From assembly GCA_963676395.1 (NCBI GenBank), contig OY781066.1, forward strand, positions 96,001-160,000: 64,000 nucleotides of DNA, written 5' to 3'. The DNA is from a bacterium. Lineage in GTDB: Bacteria > Fidelibacterota > Fidelibacteria > Fidelibacterales > Fidelibacteraceae. The notes beneath the pieces were generated by a model that worked only from the letters and a program-made list of their open reading frames with translations, did no database searches and was not told the origin of the DNA. A program made the position numbers and the translations under genes. Shown one piece after another: positions 1 to 10,132 of the stretch (its first letter is position 1; every line of letters begins with the position of its first letter).

Positions 1-28
1 TTCACTTACCTTTTATAATTCTTAAATA

Positions 29-1528
29 TTATTTTTTATTAAATTTAATTTTATTCTTAATTGATTTATAAATTCCTTTTACATCAACCCGTTTACTAAT
101 TTCAACATAGGAAAACCCAAAAGAAAATATTAAAATTATCGCTCCGATATAATACATATTTGGGTACCCAAATACCTTATACAGTAGAAGTGCTAAAATA
201 CATACAATATTGGTAATTATAAATATTTTCACATACTCCTTACTAAAGCTAAAATCAAACAATTTTTTATCAAGTGTATAATGTATTACAAAATACAAAG
301 TATAATTTATTAAATAAGCAATTCCCATGCCCTCTAAACCAAATAATTTATATCCAACAATATTTGCAACAAGGTGAAAAATACCAATACTTACTTCTGT
401 AGCAAAAAATAATACACCTTTACCTTTTGCTAACAAAATGTATGACATACTCCATGAACTTGCTTTAAATAGCATTGCAACAATTGCCCATACGATAAAA
501 TTAGTTATACCCAGAAACTCCTTTGAATATAACAATTGAATAATAATAGGAGCAATTGTGATTAAAGATATTATTAATGGAAAAATGATTAAATTTGCAA
601 TTTCAGCTTGTTGATTTACAATTTCTTTAATTTGTGTATTATCTTTATTTATTTCAGATAATCTTGGAAGATAATCTGCACCCATAGCCGAAAATACTAG
701 ATTGACATAATATGTTGTAATTAAAAATCCCGCTCTATACAACCCTACAGCTTCAATACCACTTTCTCTTGCAATATAAGCATTGAGAACATATGAAAAC
801 AGTAATGATAAAGAGCTACTAAGCATCATAAAAAAACCGAGTTTTATCATTCTATTGCCTAAAGAAACGGTTTCCTTAAATGGTAATTCTATTTTATCAA
901 TCTTAATTTTTTTAGAAAAATACAGTGATACAAGCATGCGCCCAAATGCTGTAGCAATCAATGCATAAATTACACCTTCCTTACCTAAAGCAAAATATAG
1001 TATTGATGAAAGAATTAGACCTAAAACAACACTAATTAAATTTGTTTTTGCATAATCGCCTTTTCTTCTCATTCCACGAATTAATGCAACATGTCCATTA
1101 TTAAGGGATGTAAAAAGCATTATTGCTGAAAGTAAAATAAATGCCCATGTATACTCATTAGTCCCAAACGTCCATTTACTTAGTAAAGGTGATATGATAA
1201 TTGTAATAATCATACCAAATATTCCAAGTATGAAAACCCATCTTTTTAATGTTAGATGAGTTTTACTGATGCTTATACTATCTTTTGAATTATTTGCTTC
1301 AGCTATTTCTCTTACTGCACTGGTTCTTAATCCTAAACCAGTAATTTGAGAAATCATATTGGTAGCAGTTTTAAAAATACTTTCAAAACCTATACCTGCT
1401 GGACCTAATAGTAAGGCAAGAATTTTTGCTTGAAGTGCGCCTACAATTATTCTTATGATTTCAACTCCACCAAATAGGCTAGTGGCTTTAAATATTGAGT
1501 TATAACTTCTATTTTTATCTTTATTCAT
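29..1528 (-). CDS. wzx: O-antigen/polysaccharide flippase (Wzx, MOP superfamily)
   Basis: 499 aa, about 12-14 hydrophobic helices; N-terminal 'SIFKATSLFGG...KILALLLGPAGIG' and 'AMGADYLPRLS' are typical of Wzx; lies in a sugar-nucleotide cluster. Confidence 0.9.
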   Translation of the reverse strand: MNKDKNRSYNSIFKATSLFGGVEIIRIIVGALQAKILALLLGPAGIGFESIFKTATNMISQITGLGLRTSAVREIAEANNSKDSISISKTHLTLKRWVFILGIFGMIITIIISPLLSKWTFGTNEYTWAFILLSAIMLFTSLNNGHVALIRGMRRKGDYAKTNLISVVLGLILSSILYFALGKEGVIYALIATAFGRMLVSLYFSKKIKIDKIELPFKETVSLGNRMIKLGFFMMLSSSLSLLFSYVLNAYIARESGIEAVGLYRAGFLITTYYVNLVFSAMGADYLPRLSEINKDNTQIKEIVNQQAEIANLIIFPLIISLITIAPIIIQLLYSKEFLGITNFIVWAIVAMLFKASSWSMSYILLAKGKGVLFFATEVSIGIFHLVANIVGYKLFGLEGMGIAYLINYTLYFVIHYTLDKKLFDFSFSKEYVKIFIITNIVCILALLLYKVFGYPNMYYIGAIILIFSFGFSYVEISKRVDVKGIYKSIKNKIKFNKK

Positions 1529-1585
1529 AAAGAATACTTTACTTTATCCTTATGCTGTAACACAACTTAAATACTTTATTAAGAT

Positions 1586-2251
1586 TTAATCCATTTTAAC
1601 TTTTTTATGAAATACCGCTGGAGTTCCAATATGAATTTCATAATCAGGTATATCTTTGGTAACTAAAGAATGGGCGCCTGCAATTGCATAATCACCCATA
1701 GTGACCTTCTCAATAACCCTTGCACCAAGGGTTACATCAGAAACTTTTCCAATATTAACATAAGAACTAGTTATAGATCCAACAGAGAAATGACAAAGAG
1801 AACTAATCTTAGTATTATGCCCTATTAAGGCATTTGCCATTATTAAGCAGCACTTACCTATTTGTGTCTCAGGGCCAATATAACAATTTGACATCACAAA
1901 TACACCGGGAGCAAGGGTTGCGTTATCTGCTACGAAAGCGGTTTTATGCACTATTTTTGCAAACCTATTGTCAGGAATATTCATTTTATTATATACTTGT
2001 TCACTCTTGACATTCCTACCAATCATATGAATGGCATACATAAAATAATAGTCTTCCTTAAGCAATTCATCTATATCATCAGTGCCACCTAAAACTGGAT
2101 ATCCATTAATAGTTTTACCTAACTCATAATCATTTATAAATCCAGCAACTTCCCATTCCAAATCATTATATTTCTTTCTATTATCTTCAATACAAGATGC
2201 AATTACTCCACCATTCCCTTCACCACCAATTATTACAACTCTTTTACTCAT
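1586..2251 (-). CDS. Sugar O/N-acyltransferase, NeuD/PglD family
   Basis: N-terminal Rossmann-like 'VVIIGGEGNG...GFIND' followed by hexapeptide (left-handed beta-helix) repeats and C-terminal 'GTPA'. Confidence 0.85.
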   Translation of the reverse strand: MSKRVVIIGGEGNGGVIASCIEDNRKKYNDLEWEVAGFINDYELGKTINGYPVLGGTDDIDELLKEDYYFMYAIHMIGRNVKSEQVYNKMNIPDNRFAKIVHKTAFVADNATLAPGVFVMSNCYIGPETQIGKCCLIMANALIGHNTKISSLCHFSVGSITSSYVNIGKVSDVTLGARVIEKVTMGDYAIAGAHSLVTKDIPDYEIHIGTPAVFHKKVKMD

Positions 2252-3138
2252 TTTATTTCCTTCTTTGAGATCATTTCATGTTTTTTTAAAACTTTTTTAG
2301 CTGAAATTACCATGGGTGGGCCAATAAATTTACCATTCAGAATAGCAACGCCTTTATTGTCTTCTTGTGCTTGATCATATAAACGTAGCATATCTTTTGC
2401 TTCTTCAACTTCTTTATCAGATGGTGAGAAATACTCATGAGCCAATTCCAATTCTTTTGGATGAAGAACTAACATACCTTCAAAACCAAGATTTTTTGCA
2501 ACCTTTAAATTAACTTCGAGATCTTCAAGATCATGTACATTAATATGAACCGTATCAATGGGAATCACATTGTTGGCTCTTGCGGCCAAAGAGATCAAGG
2601 CGCGAGGATTGAAAAGACTCTCATGTTCCTTATCATGAATACCCTCTAGATCTGCAATAAAATCTTCACAGCCAAATGCAATGGCAACAACCCTATCGGA
2701 AGCTTGACAAATATCCTGTGCATTTAACACAGCACCGGCAGTTTCGATAAGCGGAATGATCTTAAATGTTCCCACCTCGATACCTTTTTCATATTCAACA
2801 GTTTCAAGAAGCTTATCAAAGAAATAGATATCTTCACCTGTTCGAGCCTTAGGATACATAAAACCGGTAATACCATCAATCGTCAACTGATAAATATCTT
2901 TTAACAATTCACCACTTTCACGATCATTAACTCTAGGAAAAATAACTCGATTTGTAAACAATCCTTCTGAAATCATTGATATAACTCTATCGCGAGCTTT
3001 TTGCTTGTTTGAATTCGGCTGAACAGAATCTTCAATGTCCATCAGAAGGACATCAGCTTTTGAACGTGAAGCACTATTCATAAGTTTTTCATTATGCCCA
3101 GGTACAAACATTAAACTTCTTAATAAAAAATCACTCAT
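2248..3138 (-). CDS. CitE-like CoA-ester lyase (HpcH/HpaI aldolase/citrate lyase family; malyl-/citramalyl-CoA lyase-like)
   Basis: 'RSLMFVPG', 'DIEDSV', 'PRVN', 'PLIETA', 'FGCEDF', 'GFEGMLVLHP' motifs. Confidence 0.9.
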   Translation of the reverse strand: MSDFLLRSLMFVPGHNEKLMNSASRSKADVLLMDIEDSVQPNSNKQKARDRVISMISEGLFTNRVIFPRVNDRESGELLKDIYQLTIDGITGFMYPKARTGEDIYFFDKLLETVEYEKGIEVGTFKIIPLIETAGAVLNAQDICQASDRVVAIAFGCEDFIADLEGIHDKEHESLFNPRALISLAARANNVIPIDTVHINVHDLEDLEVNLKVAKNLGFEGMLVLHPKELELAHEYFSPSDKEVEEAKDMLRLYDQAQEDNKGVAILNGKFIGPPMVISAKKVLKKHEMISKKEIK

Positions 3139-3156
3139 TTTTATCTCCTAAGCTAT

Positions 3157-3615
3157 TTAAACATTCTTTTTGGGGACCAATACGTGTCTTCTAAAAGTCA
3201 ACACCTTTTTTCCATCTTGATTATAGGCGCAAGTTTCAACATAAACAACACCTCGATCATTTTTACTTTTGGATTCCCTTACATCTAGCACAAGTGTTTC
3301 TGCATGTAGTGTATCACCAATAAATACGGGACCATCATGAGTTACACGTTCGTAATCAAGGTTTGCAATCGCTTTCCCACTAATATCAGGTACAGTAAAT
3401 CCTACAACTAAACTCAAAACATAAGTACCAACTACCAGAATCTTTCCATGAACCTTGGTTTTACAGTATTCGATATCCAAATGAACAGGGTGATGGTTCA
3501 TTGTTAGCAGGGTAAACAAATTATTATCTGATTCCAATACAGTTTTTGTTGCATTATGTTTAATTGTTTCTCCTTTAGAAAAATCTTCTAAAAATCTTCC
3601 AAATTGAATATTCAT
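3157..3615 (-). CDS. MaoC-family (hot-dog fold) acyl-CoA hydratase/dehydratase
   Basis: 'GRFLEDF', 'DNNLFTLLTMNHHPVHLD', 'PVFIGDTL', 'NQDG' motifs. Confidence 0.9.
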   Translation of the reverse strand: MNIQFGRFLEDFSKGETIKHNATKTVLESDNNLFTLLTMNHHPVHLDIEYCKTKVHGKILVVGTYVLSLVVGFTVPDISGKAIANLDYERVTHDGPVFIGDTLHAETLVLDVRESKSKNDRGVVYVETCAYNQDGKKVLTFRRHVLVPKKNV

Positions 3616-3645
3616 TAAAATATCTCCTAACTAAAATTGGTTTTA

Positions 3646-4185
3646 TTATTTTAAAACAAGTTCACCATTTCTAAAAGTATATTTCAAACCCTTCTTGTCA
3701 CACAAATCTAAATCTAAGACATTACCATTTTTAGTAATGTATCCTTTATGAACTGCAGGATTACCATACCATAAAGTATAAGCTGGAATGTTTTTGGTTA
3801 CTACACTTCCCGCTCCAACCATACAATAGTTTTCAAGTACCAAGCCAGGCAATATTGTTGAATTAGCACCAATACTAACACCTTCTTTAATAATTGTTTT
3901 TTTAAAAACTTCAGGATATTGATTTGAACGAGGTGTTAAATCATTTGAAAAAGTTACATTTGGACCAATAAATGAATTATCACCAATATGTATACCATCC
4001 CATAATTGTACTCCTGATTTAATGGTAACATAGTCTCCAATAACAACATCATTTTCAACAAAAACATTAAAATTCAAATTACAATCATGACCAATAATGG
4101 CTTTTTCTAACACAACGCAGTATTGCCATATTCTTGTATTTTTACCAATATTTTTTGTTTGAACTTCAGCTGTTTTATGTATCAT
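3646..4185 (-). CDS. dTDP-3-amino-3,6-dideoxyhexose N-acyltransferase (FdtC/QdtC/WxcM-like)
   Basis: 'IGKNTRIWQY', 'FIGPNVTFSND', 'SIGANSTILPG', 'YGNPA'; directly downstream of fdtA. Confidence 0.8.
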   Translation of the reverse strand: MIHKTAEVQTKNIGKNTRIWQYCVVLEKAIIGHDCNLNFNVFVENDVVIGDYVTIKSGVQLWDGIHIGDNSFIGPNVTFSNDLTPRSNQYPEVFKKTIIKEGVSIGANSTILPGLVLENYCMVGAGSVVTKNIPAYTLWYGNPAVHKGYITKNGNVLDLDLCDKKGLKYTFRNGELVLK

Positions 4186-4580
4186 TTTTTTACTATTTCT
4201 TTAAATGTGTTATAATCTCTAATATAATCATTTTCATCGTAATATTCTGATGCAATTACCATGATTACACAGTCATTGCTAAAATCATACATTTCTCGCC
4301 ACACCATCTTGTTGATTACCAGGCCTTCATTAGGTTTATCCATTTTAACTGTTACTTGTGTTTTACCATCATCAAGCAATATTTTACATGAGCCATGCAT
4401 GCATATTAATACTTGCTTTAAATTAATATGTGCATGGAATCCTCTTCTCAAGTTTCCCTGATTATTATAAATATAGTAAACTCTTTTAATGTCAAATGGA
4501 ATAGTTTTTTTTGATTCAAGAGCTACAAGTGATCCTCTTTCATCTCCATTTGTAACAAACTGTATTATATCAGCTTTCAT
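4182..4580 (-). CDS. fdtA: dTDP-4-keto-6-deoxyglucose 3,4-ketoisomerase (FdtA/QdtA cupin)
   Basis: 'DERGSL', 'IPFDIKRVYY', 'RGFHAH', 'YDENDYIRDY'. Confidence 0.9.
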   Translation of the reverse strand: MKADIIQFVTNGDERGSLVALESKKTIPFDIKRVYYIYNNQGNLRRGFHAHINLKQVLICMHGSCKILLDDGKTQVTVKMDKPNEGLVINKMVWREMYDFSNDCVIMVIASEYYDENDYIRDYNTFKEIVKK

Positions 4581-4606
4581 TTCTTTACCTTTAAATTCAT
4601 TTATAC

Positions 4607-5479
4607 TTAGTCTGAAATTTTTTTAAGATATTCAGCATATGTACTTTTACCTAATTTCTCTGCAAGTCCTAATAATTTTTTAGAATCAATATAACCGAGT
4701 TTATAAGCAATTTCTTCTATACATCCAATCTTTAAGCTTGTTCTTCTTTCAATAGCTTTTACAAATTCGGTAGCATCGCTCATCGCCTCATGTGTACCGG
4801 TATCCAACCATGCAAATCCTCGACTGAATATCTGTAACTTTAATTGTTCATTATCTAAATACGCATTATTTACTGAGGTTATTTCCAGTTCACCTCGTTC
4901 AGATGGTTTTACATTTTTTGCAATATTCACAACTGAATTTGGATAAAAATAAAGTCCAACTACAGCATAACTAGATTTTGGATTTTCAGGTTTTTCCTCA
5001 AGGCTTAAAACATTATTATCTTTATCAAACTCCGCAACACCATAACGCTGAGGATCATCGACATAATAACCAAATACAACAGCTTTATTTTCATCTTTAA
5101 CAGTTACAACAGCCTCATCAAGTAGATTCTTGAAACCGGATCCATAAAAAATATTATCACCTAAAACAAGACATACATCATCGTCACCGATAAATTCTTC
5201 ACCTATTATAAATGCTTGAGCTAAACCATCGGGAGAAGGTTGTTCTGCATATTTCAAGGTAAGCCCAATATCAGAGCCATCACCTAACAATTTCTCAAAA
5301 TTAGGTAGATCCTGAGGAGTGGAAATAATCAAGACCTCACGAATTCCCGCTAACATCAATACCGAGAGAGGATAATAAATCATTGGTTTATCATATACAG
5401 GCAATAACTGCTTTGATACAACCTTAGTGACCGGGTATAATCTTGTACCGGATCCACCTGCTAAAATAATTCCTTTCAT
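4607..5479 (-). CDS. rfbA: Glucose-1-phosphate thymidylyltransferase
   Basis: '[16 protein letters not shown]', '[17 protein letters not shown]', 'RGELEIT', 'WLDTGT'. Confidence 0.97.
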   Translation of the reverse strand: MKGIILAGGSGTRLYPVTKVVSKQLLPVYDKPMIYYPLSVLMLAGIREVLIISTPQDLPNFEKLLGDGSDIGLTLKYAEQPSPDGLAQAFIIGEEFIGDDDVCLVLGDNIFYGSGFKNLLDEAVVTVKDENKAVVFGYYVDDPQRYGVAEFDKDNNVLSLEEKPENPKSSYAVVGLYFYPNSVVNIAKNVKPSERGELEITSVNNAYLDNEQLKLQIFSRGFAWLDTGTHEAMSDATEFVKAIERRTSLKIGCIEEIAYKLGYIDSKKLLGLAEKLGKSTYAEYLKKISD

Positions 5480-5498
5480 TTTACCACCTCAAAATTTA

Positions 5499-6581
5499 TT
5501 ATCTTTTAGAATAATTCTTATTGATCCAATTTTTATACTCACCGGATTTAACATTTTCTATCCACTCCGGATTATTCAAATACCAATCGACCGTTAATTT
5601 TAAACCTTGGCTAAAATCTACAGATTGCTTCCATCCAAGTTCTTCTTTTATCTTATCACAGTTAATGGCATATCGTCTATCATGTCCCGCCCTATCCTTA
5701 ACGAAAGTAATGAGTTGTTTATACACGTCTTTTTCTTTACCCAAGGAAACAGCAACAATTTCACACAGTGTATTTAATAGATCTATATTAGTCCATTCGT
5801 TTTCACCACCAATATTGTAAGTCTCTCCCCTTTTTCCATCTTTAACTATTGCCCAAATACCACTGCAATGATCGTCAACAAATAACCAATCCCTAATATT
5901 TTTCCCATCCCCATATACCGGTAGAGGTTTTTCTTCTAGCATATTATTGATCATGATGGGAATGAGTTTTTCAGGGAACTGGTATGCCCCATAATTGTTC
6001 GTGCAGTTGGATAATGTAACCGATAAACCATAGGTATGAAAATACGCTCTCACAAGATGATCTGAAGATGCTTTTGAAGAAGAATAAGGACTCCTGGGAT
6101 CATAGGCTGTCGTTTCATGAAATTTTTCATTTGGATCATCCGAAAGTGAGCCATATACCTCATCGGTTGAAACATGATGAAAATGTATGCTTATACCTTC
6201 GGATTTTTTATTTCGCACGCACTCCAATAGATTAAAAGTACCAATAATATTTGTATGGATAAATTCAGCAGGGCCGCTAATTGAACGATCCACATGAGAT
6301 TCTGCGGCAAAATGAACAACACAGTCTACGGGATACTTATTAAATATCTTTTCAAGGTTATTAAAATCTACAATATCAACCTGTTCAAAATAATATCGGC
6401 TACTTCCATACTTTTCATTAATATCAGTTAAATTATTTGGATTCCCTGCATAGGTAAGTTTATCAACATTGATAATTTTACCTTCATAATTGGTTTGCTC
6501 GAATATATAACGTATAAAATTCGCACCAATAAATCCCGAGCCACCAGTCACAACAATACAGTTAAAACTATTTGAATTCAT
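5499..6581 (-). CDS. rfbB: dTDP-glucose 4,6-dehydratase
   Basis: 'VTGGSGFIG', 'HFAAESHVDRSI', 'STDEVYG', 'YSSSK', 'GHDRRYA'. Confidence 0.97.
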   Translation of the reverse strand: MNSNSFNCIVVTGGSGFIGANFIRYIFEQTNYEGKIINVDKLTYAGNPNNLTDINEKYGSSRYYFEQVDIVDFNNLEKIFNKYPVDCVVHFAAESHVDRSISGPAEFIHTNIIGTFNLLECVRNKKSEGISIHFHHVSTDEVYGSLSDDPNEKFHETTAYDPRSPYSSSKASSDHLVRAYFHTYGLSVTLSNCTNNYGAYQFPEKLIPIMINNMLEEKPLPVYGDGKNIRDWLFVDDHCSGIWAIVKDGKRGETYNIGGENEWTNIDLLNTLCEIVAVSLGKEKDVYKQLITFVKDRAGHDRRYAINCDKIKEELGWKQSVDFSQGLKLTVDWYLNNPEWIENVKSGEYKNWINKNYSKR

Positions 6582-6604
6582 ATTTCACCTTTACAATACA
6601 ATAG

Positions 6605-7714
6605 TTAGAATATATCTCGAATTAATGATACAATACGCTTTAAGTCATCATTGTTTAGTTTAGTATCTGATGGCAAGCACACTCCCTTCTCGAATAATTC
6701 TTTATCAATATTATCACCTACATAATCAGCTTGAGCATAATATGGTTGCAAATTCATTGGTTTCCAAAGTGGTCGTGCTTCAATATTTTTTTTATCCAAT
6801 GCATTTATTAAATCAATTGGCTTTACCTTCCCTTGCAACAAAATACAACTCAACCAATTATTTGGTTTATCCCATTCGTTTTCAGGCATAAAACTAATCT
6901 CGGATATGCCCGCTAGCTCCTTCTTATAAAAATCATAAATATACTTCTTCTTTTCAACGCGACGCTCAAGAACCTTTAATTGTCCTCTACCAATTCCTGC
7001 GACTATATTACTCATCCTATAATTGTACCCCAATTCAGAATGCTGATAATGAGGAGCTGTATCTCTTGATTGAGTAGCCCAAAACCTTACCTTATGAATC
7101 ATTTCTTCGTTATCTGAAACAAGCATTCCTCCACCAGACGATGTTATAATCTTATTTCCATTAAACGAAAATACTCCAAAATCGCCAAATGTACCCGTGG
7201 GACGCCCCTTATAAAAGGATCCTAAACTTTCCGCGGCATCTTCTATCAAAGTAACATTATATTTTTTACATAATTCAATTATAGGATCCCAATCAGCTGA
7301 AATACCATATAAATTTACCGCTATCACGGCTTTTGCTTTGGGATATTTTTCCAATGCCACTTCTAGATGTTTAGGAGAAATATTCCATGTTTTATCGTCA
7401 CTGCCAATGAAAACAGGTTTTGCGTTTTGATATATTATAGGATTTGCAGAAGCAGAAAATGTTAAATTCTGACATAAGACAATATCACCACTTTCAACAG
7501 CTGCGGCCTTTAACGCAAGATGTAATGCAGCAGTCCCAGATGAAAGCGCTGCAGCACCTTTTACTCCAACTTTTTCGGCCATTTCATTTTCGAATTCATC
7601 AACATTAGGCCCCAAAGGAGCGATCCAATTTGTATCAAATGCATCTTTTATAAACTGCAATTCATAGCCTTCTTTACTCATATGGGGGGATGCTAAATAT
7701 ATTTTCTTATTCAT
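6605..7714 (-). CDS. DegT/DnrJ/EryC1/StrS PLP aminotransferase, PglE/EpsN-like
   Basis: 'LASPHM', 'WIAPLGPNVD', 'EDAAESLG', 'SFNGNKIITSSGGG', 'GYNYRMSN'. Confidence 0.9.
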   Translation of the reverse strand: MNKKIYLASPHMSKEGYELQFIKDAFDTNWIAPLGPNVDEFENEMAEKVGVKGAAALSSGTAALHLALKAAAVESGDIVLCQNLTFSASANPIIYQNAKPVFIGSDDKTWNISPKHLEVALEKYPKAKAVIAVNLYGISADWDPIIELCKKYNVTLIEDAAESLGSFYKGRPTGTFGDFGVFSFNGNKIITSSGGGMLVSDNEEMIHKVRFWATQSRDTAPHYQHSELGYNYRMSNIVAGIGRGQLKVLERRVEKKKYIYDFYKKELAGISEISFMPENEWDKPNNWLSCILLQGKVKPIDLINALDKKNIEARPLWKPMNLQPYYAQADYVGDNIDKELFEKGVCLPSDTKLNNDDLKRIVSLIRDIF

Positions 7715-8018
7715 TCCTTAAAATCTCCAACTCATTTCTTAATTCATTATATTCAGCTTCTTTAAGCATTATAAATTTTTCTATGAGACTGATTTTTTTC
7801 TTTATTCCACTTACAGTTAATAAATATCTATATTTTTTTTTATTCTTTACTGTCAAAATTTTCTCAACCTGGATAAATCCCTTATCGACAAGAGCATTAA
7901 TTATATAATTAACTTTTCCAACGCTATAGCCCAACTTGTCAGATAAATCTCGTTGACTATCTACAGATTCAACCTTTCTAAGAACCTCCAATATTTGCTC
8001 TTCATTAAACATAAGCAT
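7707..8018 (-). CDS. EPS-associated MarR-family winged-helix regulator
   Basis: 'SQRDLSDKLGYSVGKVNYIINALVDKG', 'YRYLLT..GI..K', 'EYNEL'; heads the polysaccharide operon. Confidence 0.88.
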   Translation of the reverse strand: MLMFNEEQILEVLRKVESVDSQRDLSDKLGYSVGKVNYIINALVDKGFIQVEKILTVKNKKKYRYLLTVSGIKKKISLIEKFIMLKEAEYNELRNELEILRNE

Positions 8019-8202
8019 TGCCTACTTATAAACTATATCAAGCATTTTATTTCTTTATTTATTCTATGCCTCAATAAACAATAAAATCACATTTAATATT
8101 ATACCATATTATATTAGTAATATACATAATTTATTGCGTTCAAAAAGTGAATTTTAATTATTTTTTTCAAGTTATGACGATAGCATAATTTTTCTCCACT
8201 CT

Positions 8203-8242
8203 TGCGCCAAAACACCCGTTTGGGGTAGATGTTTTGGCGAAG
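8203..8242. repeat. Intergenic hairpin (CGCCAAAACA ... TGTTTTGGCG)
   Basis: 10-bp perfect inverted repeat with an inner CCC/GGG stem, read directly from the sequence. Confidence 0.7.
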
Positions 8243-8438
8243 GATAAGGAGGGAAGTAATAAGTATTTAATATATGTGCTTAGCTTTGCAGATGTTCCCG
8301 GATTTTGGGGATTTTGTTATTATTTAGATAAAATTCGGGTGAACCGATTCCGCAAATTCATTTCTTTTAATATCTCAAGGAACGGTTGCCCCGATGCTTC
8401 GGGGTTCTTTACAAACATTATTTTATTATAAATAAAAA

Positions 8439-8460
8439 GGACAGGCATGCCTGTCCCTGC
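8439..8460. repeat. REP-like palindrome GGACAGGCATGCCTGTCC; may terminate the wbp operon
   Basis: Perfect 18-bp palindrome just past the wbpD stop, followed by TTTTT on the minus strand. Confidence 0.7.
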
Positions 8461-8477
8461 AATTCTATCGTTAATCA

Positions 8478-9044
8478 TTATTTCTGAAGGATCAATTTCT
8501 CGTTAACAAGCTCATATTTTTCACCCGTTCTTGGACAAATTAATGATTCATCTAATATTTCACCCATCTTGCTCACCCAACCAATTCGCTTTGCAGGAAC
8601 ACCGGCCATTAAGGCAAATGGAGATACATCTTTCGTAACAACTGCTCCAGCCGCTATAAAGGAGTATTCACCCAGAGTAACACCACAAACAATAGTAGCA
8701 TTTGCACCTATCGATGCTCCTTTTTTGACTCGCGTTTCTTTATATTCTGTCTTCCGTTCTACAAAAGCTCGTGGATTCATGACATTTGTAAATACACAAC
8801 TTGGGCCACAAAATACATCATCTTCAATAATGACCGAATCATATATTGAAACATTATTTTGGACTTTAACTCCATCACCTAATACTGCTTTAGAGCTAAT
8901 ATTCACATTCTGCCCGATAGAGCACTTCTTACCTACTTTGGCTCCGGGCATTACATGAGAAAAATGCCATATTTTTGTTCCTTCTCCAATTATGGCACCC
9001 TCATCAACATAGGAAGATTCATGTACAAAGTAATCAGCCATCAA
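8478..9044 (-). CDS. wbpD: UDP-2-acetamido-3-amino-2,3-dideoxy-glucuronate N-acetyltransferase (WbpD/WlbB-like)
   Basis: 'IGEGTKIWHFSHV', 'KVQNNVSIY', 'FCGPSCVFTNV.NPRA', 'GVPAKRIGW'. Confidence 0.88.
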   Translation of the reverse strand: MMADYFVHESSYVDEGAIIGEGTKIWHFSHVMPGAKVGKKCSIGQNVNISSKAVLGDGVKVQNNVSIYDSVIIEDDVFCGPSCVFTNVMNPRAFVERKTEYKETRVKKGASIGANATIVCGVTLGEYSFIAAGAVVTKDVSPFALMAGVPAKRIGWVSKMGEILDESLICPRTGEKYELVNEKLILQK

Positions 9045-10125
9045 TAAATTCCTTTATTTTGTCGCATACAAATGTGATCTCTTCATCAGTTAGAAAAGAA
9101 TGCATCGGTAGAGAGACAACCCGTTCTGAAAGCATATTTGAAATTGGATAATCATCACCTTGGCCCAAGTAGGCAAAGGCTTCTTGTCGCGGCAGAGGCA
9201 TTGGATAGTGAACTGCAGTCGGAATATCAAACCTTGAGAGATAGTTCCTTAGATCATCTCTATTGTCCAACCTGATGGTATATTGCGCCCACACACTTTC
9301 TTTATTTTCCAATATTTTTGGTGTCTCGACGATTCCTTTTAACTGCCGTGTATACATTTCAGCCACATGATTTCTCATGATTATCTCTTCGGGAAAATGT
9401 TTTAGTTTCACTCGAATTATTGCAGCTTGCAAAGTATCCATTCGACCGTTAACGCCGAGCATTTTATGATAATAACGCTTTTCTTGCCCGTGATTTCTGA
9501 TCATTCTCAGTCTTTCGGCAACTTCATCATCGTTGGTGAATACAGCTCCGCCGTCTCCATAGCAACCTAATGGTTTAGCCGGAAAAAAGCTCGTCGTAGC
9601 AATATCGGTCATAGAGCATGAACGTTTACCGCAATACGTGGCACCATAAGATTGAGCACCATCTTCAAGTACCCATAAATTATGCTTTTTCGCAATTTTA
9701 TTTAAAGCATCAAAATCGGGAGTTTGACCATAAAGCGAAACAGCAATAATACCCTTGGTTTTACTGGTGATCTTCTCTTCAATTTTTGTTGGATCTAAAT
9801 TAAATGTAATTGGATCCACATCGACAAATATAGGTTTTGCTCCTAAAACAGCGATCATGGTTCCTGTGGCAATAAATGTAAAAGCAGGACAAATAACCTC
9901 ATCGCCGGGCTTAATATTCATAGCGAATAAGGCTAAAGAAATTGCATCTGAACCCGAGCTGCATGCGATTGTATGCTTTACACCCGCAAATTCAGCCAAT
10001 TCACTTTCCAGTTCTTTAATATCAGGACCATTAATAAATGCTGTTCTATCGATCACAGATGCAATAGCTTCATCTATCTCAGATTGATATTCCAAATACT
10101 GTTTTTTTAGATCACAAAATTTCAT
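9034..10125 (-). CDS. wbpE: UDP-3-oxo-GlcNAcA aminotransferase (WbpE/WlbC-like)
   Basis: 'EDGAQSYGA', 'TSFFPAKPLGCYGDGGA', 'NGRMDTLQAA'; between wbpB-like and wbpD-like genes. Confidence 0.88.
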   Translation of the reverse strand: MKFCDLKKQYLEYQSEIDEAIASVIDRTAFINGPDIKELESELAEFAGVKHTIACSSGSDAISLALFAMNIKPGDEVICPAFTFIATGTMIAVLGAKPIFVDVDPITFNLDPTKIEEKITSKTKGIIAVSLYGQTPDFDALNKIAKKHNLWVLEDGAQSYGATYCGKRSCSMTDIATTSFFPAKPLGCYGDGGAVFTNDDEVAERLRMIRNHGQEKRYYHKMLGVNGRMDTLQAAIIRVKLKHFPEEIIMRNHVAEMYTRQLKGIVETPKILENKESVWAQYTIRLDNRDDLRNYLSRFDIPTAVHYPMPLPRQEAFAYLGQGDDYPISNMLSERVVSLPMHSFLTDEEITFVCDKIKEFIDG

Positions 10126-10132
10126 ATTATTC

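Noticed and set aside
8234..8431. 65-aa plus-strand ORF in the glycan-locus spacer
   Set aside because: TTG start, runs through palindromic repeats, opposite to all neighbours
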